From NCBI RefSeq assembly GCF_035594765.1, contig NC_085842.1, positions 243,113,747-243,177,746 on the forward strand: a stretch of DNA of 64,000 bases, read 5' to 3'. The stretch is from Anolis carolinensis (lineage: Eukaryota). Below are positions 10,758 to 22,517 of the stretch, piece by piece. A program made the translations under genes and the position numbers. The notes beneath the pieces are model-generated. The model searched no databases, had not been told where the DNA came from, and saw only the letters and a program-made list of their open reading frames with translations. How positions within the stretch are numbered: position 1 is the first letter of the stretch; every line of letters begins with the position of its first letter.

Positions 10758-11627
10758 AAAGGTAAAGGTAAAGATTTCCCCTGGACATTAAGTCTAGTTG
10801 TGTTCGACTCTGGGGGTTGGTGCTCATCTCCATTTCTAAGCCGAAGAGCCGGCGTTGTCCATAGGCATCTCCAAGGTCATGTGGTCCGCATGACGGAATG
10901 AAGCTCCATTACCTTCCCACCAAATTGGTACCTATTGATCTACCCACACTTGTATGTTTCCGAACTGCTAGCCACGCGTTCACTTCGGTCATCTGGAGAG
11001 GCCCTGCTCGTGATCCCGCCTGCGTCGCAAGCGCGGTTGGTGGGGACACGAGACAGGGCCTTCTCCGTGGTGGCCCCCCGACTCTGGAACACCCTCCCCA
11101 AGGATCTCAGACAGGCCCCTACATTGGCAGTCTTCAGAAAGAACTTGAAGACCTGGCTGTTCCAATGTGCCTTCCCAGATTAATAGGAAATCTCCAATAC
11201 CAAGTCCCATAAGCATTTTATTAGAATTAAGATCGCATATCGCACTCTGCACTTGCCCTATAAGCCTTATATATCACCTGTCACATCAGCACTTTTAATC
11301 TTGTACCCATTACTCTGGCCCGGCCCAGTTCTATTGTGTTTTAGCGTATTGCTATTGCTTGTGGTTTATACTGTTTTAATTCTTTAATTTGCCTTTGTTT
11401 TGTATTGTTATATTGTGTGTTGAGGCCTTGGCCTTTGTAAGCCGCATCGAGTCCTTCGGGAGATGCTAGCGGGGTACAAATAAAGTTTAATCATAATTAA
11501 TAATAATAATTGGCAGAAGCTGAGGCTAACAACGGGAGCTCACCCTGTCCACAGATTCAAACCACCATCCTTCCAAACAGCAAGTTCAGCAGTTTAGCGG
11601 TTTAACCCGCTGCACACCCACAGCCCC
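10758..11627 (-). mobile_element. Full-length Sauria SINE split by an L2 insertion (SINE parts 10758-10971 and 11510-11627)
   Basis: (AAAGGT)n tail; halves rejoin as gaactgctag|ttggcagaagct; imperfect TSD aaatcaagaata / aaacaaagaata. Confidence 0.9.
10972..11509 (+). mobile_element. L2 LINE, 5'-truncated, nested in a Sauria SINE
   Basis: TRSLRSSGEALL..RDRAFSVVAPRLWNTLP..LKTWLF; L2 tail with (TAA)n. Confidence 0.92.
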
Positions 11628-11880
11628 AAACAAAGAATACACATTGTGAAATATCTTAAAAACCAGACTAAGCCAGGCAATGGAAAAAGATGGGGAATGT
11701 CTTTTAATGCCATTTTTATAATGCAGTGGAAAGCAACTGTGGGTGGCCATGAGGGCTGCCTTGGTCTTTCAAGAGACCCTTTATGCCTGCAACCTCCTGT
11801 AAAGAAAATTTTAAAATCCTCTCCAAAACTTCCACACATCTGTGGAGATATTTCTGCCGTGTCTCCAGAACAGACACGAG

Positions 11881-11990
11881 CAGGTATTTTGGACTTCAAC
11901 TCCCACAATTCCTAACATCCAGTAAACTGGCTGGGATTTCTGGGCGTTGAAATTCAAAACACCTGGCAGGCCTAAGTTCGCCCATGCCTG
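11881..11990. mobile_element. hAT (Charlie-type) MITE, left end missing
   Basis: ggacttcaactcccacaattcc core; right TIR gttcgcccatgcctg. Confidence 0.8.
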
Positions 11991-12159
11991 TGCTAGAGGC
12001 TATCTGGAACAAGTTAAATCCAGGAAAGGCCTTTCAAAACTTCATTTAAGGTTTGGAATGTACTTCCTGTTTTTGATAAAGTTCTCTCTTGGACCTAACA
12101 TGGCCAAGCTCTCCTCAACATATCAAAAAATCCCCTCATGCCTCCTAGAAGGAATTTGG

Positions 12160-12187
<28 letters not shown>
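12160..12187. repeat. (GA)n microsatellite
   Basis: Direct reading. Confidence 0.95.
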
Positions 12188-12191
<4 letters not shown>

Positions 12192-12477
12192 AGATCACTG
12201 GATTCATGGGATGTACTTTGCCCAAATGCTGTTATAAATCAATAGTGTAAAACTGAGGGTGGGAGAGCTAGATGCTCTCCCTGCAACACTCTGCAGGCTA
12301 GATATAACTGGGGAACATGGGGCCATTCAAACCCACTGATTTTATAGCACTAAGTTTCAACTTTTGAACGGACATGATTCCATCCTATAAAGTTTGGGGA
12401 TTTGCAGTATGAATAACATTTACAATACAGATAACACTGGCCAACACACATTTTGGTGCATCAAATGTTTCTGGGTA

Positions 12478-13383
12478 CAGTAGAAACTCTCTTATCCAAC
12501 CTTCGCTTATCCAACGTTCTGTATTATCCAACGCAGTCAGCCTCCCACCTGGATCCACAACTGTTTCTCTAGGCAACAACGTGTAGTGGGCCAACATGCC
12601 CAACAACAACACAAGTACAGCTGTGCTGGTACAGCTGTACCAGAACCTTCTACTTTATTTTCTTTCTGCAAATGTTTGCAATTATAGGACAGGCCGCCTG
12701 TCAATCACCATTAAGTTTGGTTCCACCCCTTGTTCAGGGCTCTGGGAGGGAAGGAGCCATTTTTAAGTTAGTCTCACTTATGAAGCTCAGCTATAGGACG
12801 TAGACCAGCTCGTCTCGTAAAAAGCTTCATATTTCAAGAACATTAGGGATATAGACCGTCCGGGGATACAGAACAGCAGCACAGAAACATCTGTAAGCCT
12901 TGGCTGGTAGGTCCACTCGACACCCAGACACATTTGGAGTCGGCAGTGGGTCCCAGATCAGCTAGGCCCAGATAATAGACAGCCTGTGAGAGGTTATAAG
13001 AGGGTTTTCACAGTTATTCAAAGCCAATCGCCTGTCCCTTGGGGACAAGACTCCTTTGAAGATTTATTATTTGTTCGTCAATAAAGACTTTGTTATTTCT
13101 TTAAAGACTCAAAGGCCATCTTTTCAGGGAAATTCCTCAACAACCTTTCTTTAGGCACCCTGGCTTCCTGCTGGGTGTAAAGTGTACGTCCTATATAATA
13201 GACAATCAGTTACAGGCCCAGTGCGTGACAGAACAACAGCCATGCTCCCAAATGAGTGGCAGACTTGTTATAAAACATGTTTTGGTGCTTAATTTGTAAA
13301 ATCATAACGTAATTTGATGTTTAATAGGCTTTTCCTTAAACCCACCTTTTTATCCAATATTTTCGCTTATCCAGACTCTACTG
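12478..13383. mobile_element. Tc1/mariner-superfamily MITE nested in Chapaev3 and interrupted by an LTR
   Basis: cagtagaaactc.. / ..gactctactg with TA on both sides; right part matches the 2218 family. Confidence 0.85.
12622..13235 (+). mobile_element. Solo LTR, 614 bp
   Basis: TGTGCTG..CAGAACA termini; 5-bp TSD ACAGC (12617-12621, 13236-13240); AATAAA at 13080. Confidence 0.8.
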
Positions 13384-13800
13384 TATATTTGACCTGCTGA
13401 TTCCAAAAATGGGACCAGCCTTCCCCTATCAGCGCTAGTTTTTGAGAAACATAACATATACCATCTACCAGTCTTCATCTGCTCACCGATAGAAATTTTA
13501 TCTACCGCTGATGCAGTTGATTCAATGCAATTTTTGGAATCTACACCCCAAATAACCCCAGGAACAGGCCTAAAAACCAAGATACCAATAAACTTTTGTT
13601 TTGTTTTCCTGGGCTGTGTAATCAGTAAGTATACTTTTTTCACTTCTGCAGAACAGGGTCGTTTTTTTATCAGGTGGAAATCAAAGTTCAACATTACAAT
13701 GTTCTTGAAAAAATGCAAACAAAATAAAATGTATCTAGTTCTGCAGACCAATGACAACCTTCTAGATCATGAAGTATTTTGATTGTAAATTTTTTGGATA

Positions 13801-14147
13801 AGGTTGAGTATTCCTTATCCAAAAAACCGTGGAGCAGAAGTGTTTTGGATTTTGGGTTTTATTAAATTGTAGAAAACATGTATTTGCATATCTATATATA
13901 TACATAATACAATATTTTGGAAATGGGACCCAAATCTAAACTTTACTTTCATTTATATATACCTAATACACACAGCCTGGAGGTAATTTTATGCAACATT
14001 ATAAATAATTTTGTGAATGAAACAAGGTTTATTGTTCATCTAACCATCAGAAAGAAAAAGTATCACTATCTCAGCCATCTTTATAGATAATTTCAGGTTT
14101 TGGAATACTTCTGATTTTGGAATTCTGCATAAGGGATGCACAACCTA
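13801..14147. mobile_element. Tigger4/Zombi-like MITE
   Basis: TIR aggttgagtattccttatcc / gcataagggatgcacaacct; internal gggacccaaatctaaac..agcctggaggtaattttat..aaccatcagaaag..cactatctcagcca. Confidence 0.75.
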
Positions 14148-16638
14148 TACCAAACAAATTGCTTATGCTTATTATCAATGTGTATTAATATCATTTTAAA
14201 ACTCTTGACTATAGGTAACACATTGTCTCTGCATGTGACAACAAAACATACCAAAATCTGATCAAAATACCTTTTCAATCATACAGTTCCAGAACTCCAA
14301 AAACATTAAATTCAGGAAAACTGATTTAGAATTAAAGCTACAGCTCTATGCTGATATTAGCTAACATACTATTCAGAGAGTGCCCTGTATATTTGTGTAC
14401 ATTCCAAGCTATAATCAGACACCTATTCCTAACCAAAGTTCAGCTCTAAAGGTCAGATTTAATTGCACTGCTCTACAGGCCAAGACCAAATCCAGAGAAC
14501 TGCTGCCAATTTTTGCTGTCAACAGTTAACTTGCAGAGTCTGGATATATGATTCTTTCCAATTTATATTACAAAAACATTATTAATGTATTTTCTCTAGG
14601 TGGAGCTCACAGAAAGAAGACAAAAGATGCTGTGCTTGTTCACTGGTGAATGAATCCACAAAGAGCCACTGAAATAGGTAAAAAACCAGCCAAGTCAAGC
14701 TTGTTTCTGATTCCCAGTCCTAAAGAAAACGCCATGCACAACCACCTTACACTGTGCAATTAACTAAGTTCAGAAAATGAAAATTCACTACCCATACTGG
14801 ATGCATATGAAAAATTGTGTGAATCCCCCATCTGCAATTTAGTTACGCGTTCTAAGATGTCAACCTTAATGTTATTTCACGCCAACACAAAAAGTATTTC
14901 TTCACTCAAGTATTTATGATGGAATATACCTATGGATTTGTTTATTAGATTAGATAGATAAGACAGAACAGATTCATATGCATACACTTTTTATAGCTCC
15001 TAGTTCAGTGTAATTATTATTAAACCAGGGAACAACTGCCAAGAGTAACTGAGCAAGCACAGGTAGATTAACCTTCCTCGCAAATGGGGTAAAAAGACTA
15101 AATGGTCACCCCAGTGATAAAGAATGAAGCAATATACACATTTAGGGATCTTAGAAGTTTCTACTCAGGGTGTTTAATATATGAAATTCTGTCACATATT
15201 CTCATATTGAAAGCCCTAGTCAATGAAGTACTCCCTTCTACGTACTTGTCAACATATAGATATCAGAAGTTAAATGGAAGCAAGGTGTAGATAAAATAGA
15301 AGTATATTAGTTTTCCTAATCAGCTTTCTCTTTTGCTAATTCTTAGAGTGATGTTATATGCTTCTCTATTCACATTAGCCATGTTAGTACCTTAAATTAA
15401 TTCAGCAACATCTATTTTTAAATTCTGTACTCACATAACCAGAAAAAAAGATTTTATTCCCAAACAATCTATGTTCACTTAATATTTTTGCTTGTATAAA
15501 ACAGTAGAACATAATTGTAAATCTTTACCTTTTGAACAGGTGAAGATTTACCTATAGAATTAAAGTTTGTGTTTTTCAAAAATTGGTAAGATCAAACAGC
15601 TGTGGACAAATTTCGTTTCTTACCTGTTGCCATTACACCAAAAGTTGCATTGATTTTTAAAAACTTGTTAGAAGAGGAGGACAGCAGGTTAACACACCAA
15701 AATAAAGCTCTTGAATGCTGAGAACGACAGGACTACCCTCTTCTAAGTATAGCTAGAAGTTATCTCATATCATATGATAGCTAAAGCAAGCTGGCCTATT
15801 AGGGGACACTAACAAGCTATATTCATGAGGTGCTTGGAATTCATTCACTTTTGAAAAACCAAGAATGGATCAGTAGATAACTATGGAACAAGATCAATGC
15901 TAATGAAAATTTCACATTTTTCCATTCCCATCTTGTCACTAGTCTGATCAGGGGGTGATCAAAGTACAAGCGTTATTCAAACAATGTTTTCTTGGTAATG
16001 TTTGGTTTCAAAAAAAAAAAAAAAAGGAAAAAGTTTAACGAGTTATGTTTTAGCTTTAGCCTACTATTTGCTATTCCATTATTTTTAAAAATCAATATAA
16101 AATTAACAATCTAGAAGAACTTGGAAGATTAAAAGAAAAATTAATCAATTTAAAGAAATGGCATCTTGTTTGCCATCCGGAAACACACATATCCAAGATA
16201 CCATTAACTATGCCCCAAACTATTCCACAGCACTGTAATTCTCACTAGCTCTTAGATTTAATCTATAATTCGACCCTGAATGGGCTAATTAGAATTTGCT
16301 AAGTCCGTCACTTCATTCTATGTCTAGCCTAAGACTAGCTGGTCTCAAACAAAACAGAAAAGATGGCCAACCGAAAGCAACTTAGTATGTCATAAGATTA
16401 AATCAGATAAAGTTATTTTTTGGTTCTGGGTTAAGAACTACTATGACCCATCAAAAACATTTGGACTGCAATATCCATTAGATCTAGCAACACATGTGAG
16501 TGGTTATTGGAAGTTTAATGTAACAGTGTCTTGAGAAATACAGTAGCTCACCTCTGATGCAAGTAATTGCCAACAGTTCATACTCATTTAAGATGATGTG
16601 ATGAGACACAGTGAGAATCAACCATGCATACCTTATTC

Positions 16639-16755
16639 CAGTGTTTCCCAAACTTTGGACATCTAGATGTTATAGACTTTGGCACCCAGAATTCCTGACT
16701 GTTAACCAAGAGAGCAAGGGCTTCTGGGAATTGAAGTCCAAAATATCTGGAGGAT
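16639..16755. mobile_element. Degenerate hAT MITE
   Basis: cagtgtttcccaaactttgg..gggaattgaagtccaaaatatctggagg. Confidence 0.6.
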
Positions 16756-17937
16756 AAATGTTTTAGAATTACTGCCGTATTCCCTCTCAGCTCCACATGA
16801 AATAGCCTCTCCCTAGCTCATGCTTCGATGTGCCTTAGAACAAACATATCAGTAACAGGAGGAACCCATTCTTCTAGCACACTGTATTCCCATACAAATG
16901 TCACTCATGTCAAGACTAGTTGCCAGTGCCTAATTTTAAAATGCCATCCTGCAGGGCATAGCAAAGAGCCCTTCCCTGCGCCATAATTTTTTTTACTATA
17001 CTAACTCTCAGACAGTTTCCCAGGACATGTCAGTAGAAGAATGGCTGTCTGGAAACTCTATTTCACATGACTTTGGCAAAGTCTGCCAAAGCCCTGTTTA
17101 CATAAATTATTCTGTGTATTCAACCAATATATCAAAAGGAAGATATGCTATACAAGTGTATTACAAACTCCATTACAATACTACGACTACTATACGCGAT
17201 CCAACCACAATTATCTGGTTGTATCTATTGACTATTAGCCAATGGATGTGGGCAAACATTTTATTTTGTGGTCTTTAAATGGTCTTTGCTACAGGATAAA
17301 CGAAATTCCCAAAATGGAGGACAAAAGTGCAGTGACGCATGAAACTGCTTGCTGAAAGATTTACTTTATCTAGTTCTAAGAGACAAAACCAATGGAGGAT
17401 ATGGTTTCAAATGACACCACACATACTTGACAGGTGTTTTACCAATTACAATAATTTTTGACACAGCAGGAATTGTGTCAAACCCCACCTACGTTAATTC
17501 AATACCAAGTCTAATGCCGAAGAGCCACGGAAATAGTTGTAAATCAACAAGAATGACCACCAACTTGGCAACAATGGTTACATGGTTTGCAAATTCATTT
17601 GGAAGCCAATACCAAACCACACTTTCTGGCTTATTCCATGCAGACAGAGCGACTTCATGACAGAGCAATGTTCATGATTTTGAAGCCTTAAGCTGACATT
17701 TCTGATCACTGCATGTTGCAACATGTCAACAGCCAAGTCTTCTGCTTTTAACTAACCCTGAATAACCCCAACTAAGTTCTTCAAGCTTCATGTATCAAGC
17801 AGATTTGCATAGGAGAAAATAGCCAGTTGCCACTTTCCCCATCCCACTCACCAAACTTCTATGCATTGAAGACACATAGATTTGACTTTACTTAGGTATC
17901 TTATTGCTGTATCTACTTCCTTCTATTTTGATTGTAC

Positions 17938-18010
17938 TTTTCCTGCATCGCAGGGGGTTGGACTAAATGGCCCATGTGGTCTCTTCCAACTCGAATATTC
18001 TATTATTCTA
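17938..18010 (+). mobile_element. CR1 3' tail fragment
   Basis: gggggttggact..ggtctcttccaactc..attcta. Confidence 0.8.
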
Positions 18011-19113
18011 TTTTTTAAAGCTTTGAATGAACTTTAGAATAATTTAAACCAGATTAATAAATACAATTATTTAACCTACTTATATTATCTCTTTCCTGAA
18101 TTAACCAAAGACATTATTGATATACCAGTTTTCATTCTTTCCCATATTTAAAAAACTTTAAAGAAAGGTCATCACCACAAATATTTTGAAATTTATTTTC
18201 ATTGGCTTGTATCTCGAAAGAATCACCTTCTTTTTCTCCTTTTCCTTCTCTTTCCCTTTTTTTGCTACATTACTCTTAAGCCCAACACTGTCCCAGAATG
18301 AAATTATACTCTTATGCTAAATATTATACACAACTGACTTTCTTCAAACAAATACAAATCAATTTGGACGGATCCTACACTTCTCATAAAATATCAGAAA
18401 AACACCAAATTCCAAAAGCTCATATGCCAGTTCCCAACACATTTCTTTCAGATGCTAAACCAGGCAAATTCCGGATATAGGAACACCCCAGTTTTCTGTG
18501 CTTTAACACTGAGATTGGAAACACTCAACACCTGCCAACTGATAAACCACAGCCACATCATCTTTACACATGGACTTTGTTATCAATTCAGAACCAGAAT
18601 TCCACTCATATTTTCTATTATCTAATCTACTTCCAAATATGACTCTTCTCTTTTTCACATTTGTAGATAAAATAAGACACTTTTTTTAGCATAGTTACTT
18701 ACCGGTACTTTAAAAAACCTGTTGTTTGGTAGCAACAATCCCTCTTTCGCAGTCCAGAACTTATGGTTTATTCCTTGTGTGTGTGCAAGTGTAACAAAAG
18801 GAACCAAACAAATCCATTCTTAAAACAGGTGTATCTAACAAATACAACATATGCATCCTGTATGCAACATATGCATCCTGGAAGTTACAGTATGATATGT
18901 ATGTGTGGCTCCTGAAAGGAGACAAACTGGATTTTCCCAGCAACTGTTATGATTTATTCCTGGGCTAATCATTGTGAGATGTCTTGGGCATCAGTGGTTA
19001 TTAGCTTTACAAAAGACCTACCAATTATGGTGATGACAAATGCTCCAATTTGAGAGAGAAGGAGAGAAAAGAGATAAATCCAGCCTGCTTGTGTTTTTAA
19101 GACTATACATGTA

Positions 19114-19430
19114 CAGTGTTCCCTCACTTATTGTGGGGGTTAGGTTCCAGGACTACCCCGCAATAAGTGAAAATCCACGAAGTAGGGATGTTATATATTT
19201 ATACATTATTTTAGTAGTTATACACTATTTTAAGTCTTTATCAACCAATCGTGTGTTGATAAATCGCCTTCTTCTCCTCTTGTTGCCTGTTGGGCTCCTT
19301 TTTTCTCCTTGCTCCCTTCCTTAGGCTATAAATTGTAAATTTTTATGATTTATAATATTTATTGTTTATTGAAAAACCGCGAAACAGCAAATCCGCAAAA
19401 AGCGAACCGCGAAGTAGTGAGGAAACACTG
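19114..19430. mobile_element. Tigger/pogo-type MITE
   Basis: TIR cagtgttccctcact / agtgaggaaacactg with TA TSD; repeated aaccgcga motifs. Confidence 0.85.
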
Positions 19431-19649
19431 TATTGCTTTAGGGACCCCTGCTAGGTCACATGTTAGAAAATATCAATACACAGAAACACACTCTTTCCTG
19501 TACAAGAAAACAAAGAGATGTCTCTCTTTTTCAAAAGCAAAATCATATTACCTCTTCAGTTTCCTGGTTACAGGAAGAAAATTGATTTTTTAAAGGTTCG
19601 ATGCAATTTGTACATACAAACTAAGTGCATGTTTCTTGCAGTAGTTTTG

Positions 19650-19806
19650 TTTCAGAGGGTTGTAGACTCTCTGTTTTTAAAAGTCTTTTAACAAAGGCTG
19701 AATGAGCATATTTCAGGGGTACATTAATTGTGTGCTCCTGCAAAGCAGGAGGTTGAATCTGGTGGCCCTTACGTTCCCTTTCAACTCTTTTAATTCAAGA
19801 ATTCTA
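19650..19806 (+). mobile_element. Old CR1 3' fragment
   Basis: Degenerate match to 1890-2040. Confidence 0.6.
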
Positions 19807-21007
19807 CCTGCAGCCTAATGCACCAAGGAGGGCGAAACACAGAAACATGTGGCACAGAAGCAGTCAGAAGCAGACCTCATGGAGCCAACATCAGCAGTAT
19901 GAATCATAGGTTCTCCAGATGTTGGGCTGCAAAAGTCCCAGCAGTCTTATTTCATCTATAGTGAGATATGCTTGGGGGGGGGGGTTGTAATTCAATAATA
20001 TGTCTTAAGGCTGCATGATTCCCACTCCAGGATTACAACCAAATATTCGATAGTATCACAAACTCCTATGCAAATAAATGCATTATTTGCAAGCAGAAAA
20101 GCTCAAATTATTTATGAATTATATACACACACACACACATGTATATTGTTTGTCAAAGTGTTGTCTCATTCTTATTTCCTCCATCTTGTTTCCCTAAATG
20201 CCATGACATCTACTCATGTACAAATGAACATCTTATTTTAATTTGAATCTTTTCCAATTTGGAAGAAATACCAAGGGTTTGATGATGAATGACAAGTTAT
20301 TTAGAAAGGAAACTTAGAGACATTCAATTTTTTTCAGACATACAAGCATCAACATGTAGAAGCAATTCAGCACACACCTGTATAACCAAGTGGCAAGGAA
20401 CATCATTGGAGGCATGCATTTGTTTTCTGACTGATATGATTCTTGGAAAAAGACTTATTAATAAAAACAGGTCTAACAAAGTTCATGGGGCTTCAGATAA
20501 CAATCATTTTGTACATAATTTAGGACAAAGAGTGACATGTCCTCCTCTTTCCACATTACAATACTGTACAGAGGTTATCATTTACTACTATCCAAACTGC
20601 TTGGGGTAAGCTTTAATTAATTCCCAGTTTGTAAAATTTAACATGCTCAATAGTGAATACAAGGATCAATTGCTACACAGTGAACTTTTCTTCTAACTAA
20701 TCAATTTTTATTTTTGTATGCATCATTCATTTAGAGTACATCTCAAGGAGTGTTGGAAATGTTATCTTATATTGGGGAGAAGAATATTGAACTATAGATT
20801 TTAATGACAAGTGCTCACTCTTTTTAAACCTGGTTTCAGGTCATGACCTACAAGCTGAAGAAACTTTTCTACTATCAGCTATCACTTATTCATGTTCTGC
20901 AAGAAATACCTGAAAGCTTGAGAAAAGTAGACTAACTTTATTTAAAAACAAATGAACAGTTACATGCACAAATCCTTGAAATCTAGAAAGCAATAACATC
21001 ATTACAA

Positions 21008-21231
21008 AGGGTGCATCTACACTGTAGAATAAATGTAGTTTGACACCACTTTAATTGCAATGGCTCAATGCTGTGGAATCCTGGAAGTTGTAGTCTTTAA
21101 AGGTCTTTAACCTTTTCTGTCAAATAATATTAGTGTCTCACCAAACTACAAATCCCAATATTCAATAGCACTGGGCCATGGCATTTAAAACAGTGTCAAT
21201 GTGCATTAATTCTAGTGTGTTGCTGTACCCT
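21008..21231. mobile_element. PIF/Harbinger-type palindromic MITE
   Basis: agggtgcatctacactgtagaat arm versus attctagtgtgttgctgtaccct; long internal symmetry. Confidence 0.75.
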
Positions 21232-22014
21232 AAGAAGCATCTGTTATTACAATACACTTCAGGATGAAGTTGAATCAGGAGCTATCCAGTGAACAGATAG
21301 GCAACTAATAACATAGGACAACTGGATCATTTGCCAACTTAAAAAAAAACCTGAAATGTTCTGCTCTAGAACAGGAGTAGTATTTTGCTATGTAGTAAAA
21401 CCACAGCAGAAATACTGACTTGCTAACTATCATTTTGCCTTAAAGCTTCCTCAGCACTCGAAGACTGATAAAAGTCTATGCTGAAAACTAGAAAAATGCT
21501 GAAACAGTAGTAAAACCCAAACTCAAATATGCATACCAATATTTGCAATAAAGTTGAAAGTTCTCGTTTGTTTTATTTTATCTGCATTCATGAATAAAAT
21601 AGATTCAGCAGCACTTCTTTAAAAAATAAGAGGGACAAACACATGCATAAAACAAACATAAGAATAGCAGGATTGCGGTAACCCACAGGAATTTTGCAAA
21701 TTTCTCCCAGATGTTAGTTTAGCTGCAGTCATATGCCAGACCTCACTGGCTACTGTTGGAACAGTTTTGTTCTTATGGCTCCACCTATCATAGTGAATTC
21801 CCAAATGTCACAATTCACAAAAAAAAACTCATTATAGGAAAGTCCTTTCATTTTTATCCTTTGTAAAATGTAAGATCATTTCAAATTACAATACTGAATG
21901 GCACTATCTGCTGGTACATAGCTTTCCTCTAGTTGAAAATGTTTATTTCATAGAATAATAAAGTAACAGAGTTGGAAGAGACCTCCTTTTGGATAAAATA
22001 CTCATTCCAAACTA

Positions 22015-22332
22015 GTAAGATAAAGGTTTTCCCCTGACATTTAGTCATGTCTGACTCTGGGGGTTGGTGCTCATCTCCATTTCTAAGCCAAAGAGCCACC
22101 GTTGTCTGTAAATGCCTCCAATGTCATGTGGCGGGTATGATTTTATGGAGCACTATTACCTTTTTGCAGTACCTATTTATCTACTCACATTTGCATGTTT
22201 TGAACTGCTAGGTAGCCAAAAATTTGGGCTAACAACGGGAGCTCACCCTGCTCCCCGAATTCGAATCGCTGACCTTTTGATCAGCAAGTTCACCAGCTCA
22301 GTGGTTTAACCCACTGTGCCATTGGGGGCTCC
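22015..22332 (-). mobile_element. Full-length Sauria SINE
   Basis: Complete tail to head; TSD cattccaaa at 22003 and 22333. Confidence 0.92.
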
Positions 22333-22429
22333 CATTCCAAATAATGGAAAGTAAAAATATTTCCTATGCTGTTCCACATGAGGTAATGGGCATGTCACCA
22401 TAACACTGAAAGGAAGAGAAACTCTAAAA

Positions 22430-22517
22430 CAGGCATGGCAAACTTTGGCCCTCCAGGTGTTTTGGACTTCAACACACATAATTCCTAAGCTGGAGGGCCG
22501 GAGTTTGCTCATGCCTG
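22430..22517. mobile_element. hAT MITE
   Basis: caggcatggcaaact / agtttgctcatgcctg; imperfect 8-bp TSD ctctaaaa / ctcttaag. Confidence 0.85.

Larger units (their letters stand above)
12435..13618. mobile_element. Chapaev3-like non-autonomous DNA transposon (outer element of the nest)
   Basis: Ends cac..gtg with TAA TSD (12432-12434, 13619-13621); halves rejoin as ttctgggtatatttgacctgctgattcc. Confidence 0.75.

Noticed and set aside
9640-11252. ORFs of 80-120 aa as genes
   Set aside because: They are L2, R4 and Sauria remnants or their antisense frames.
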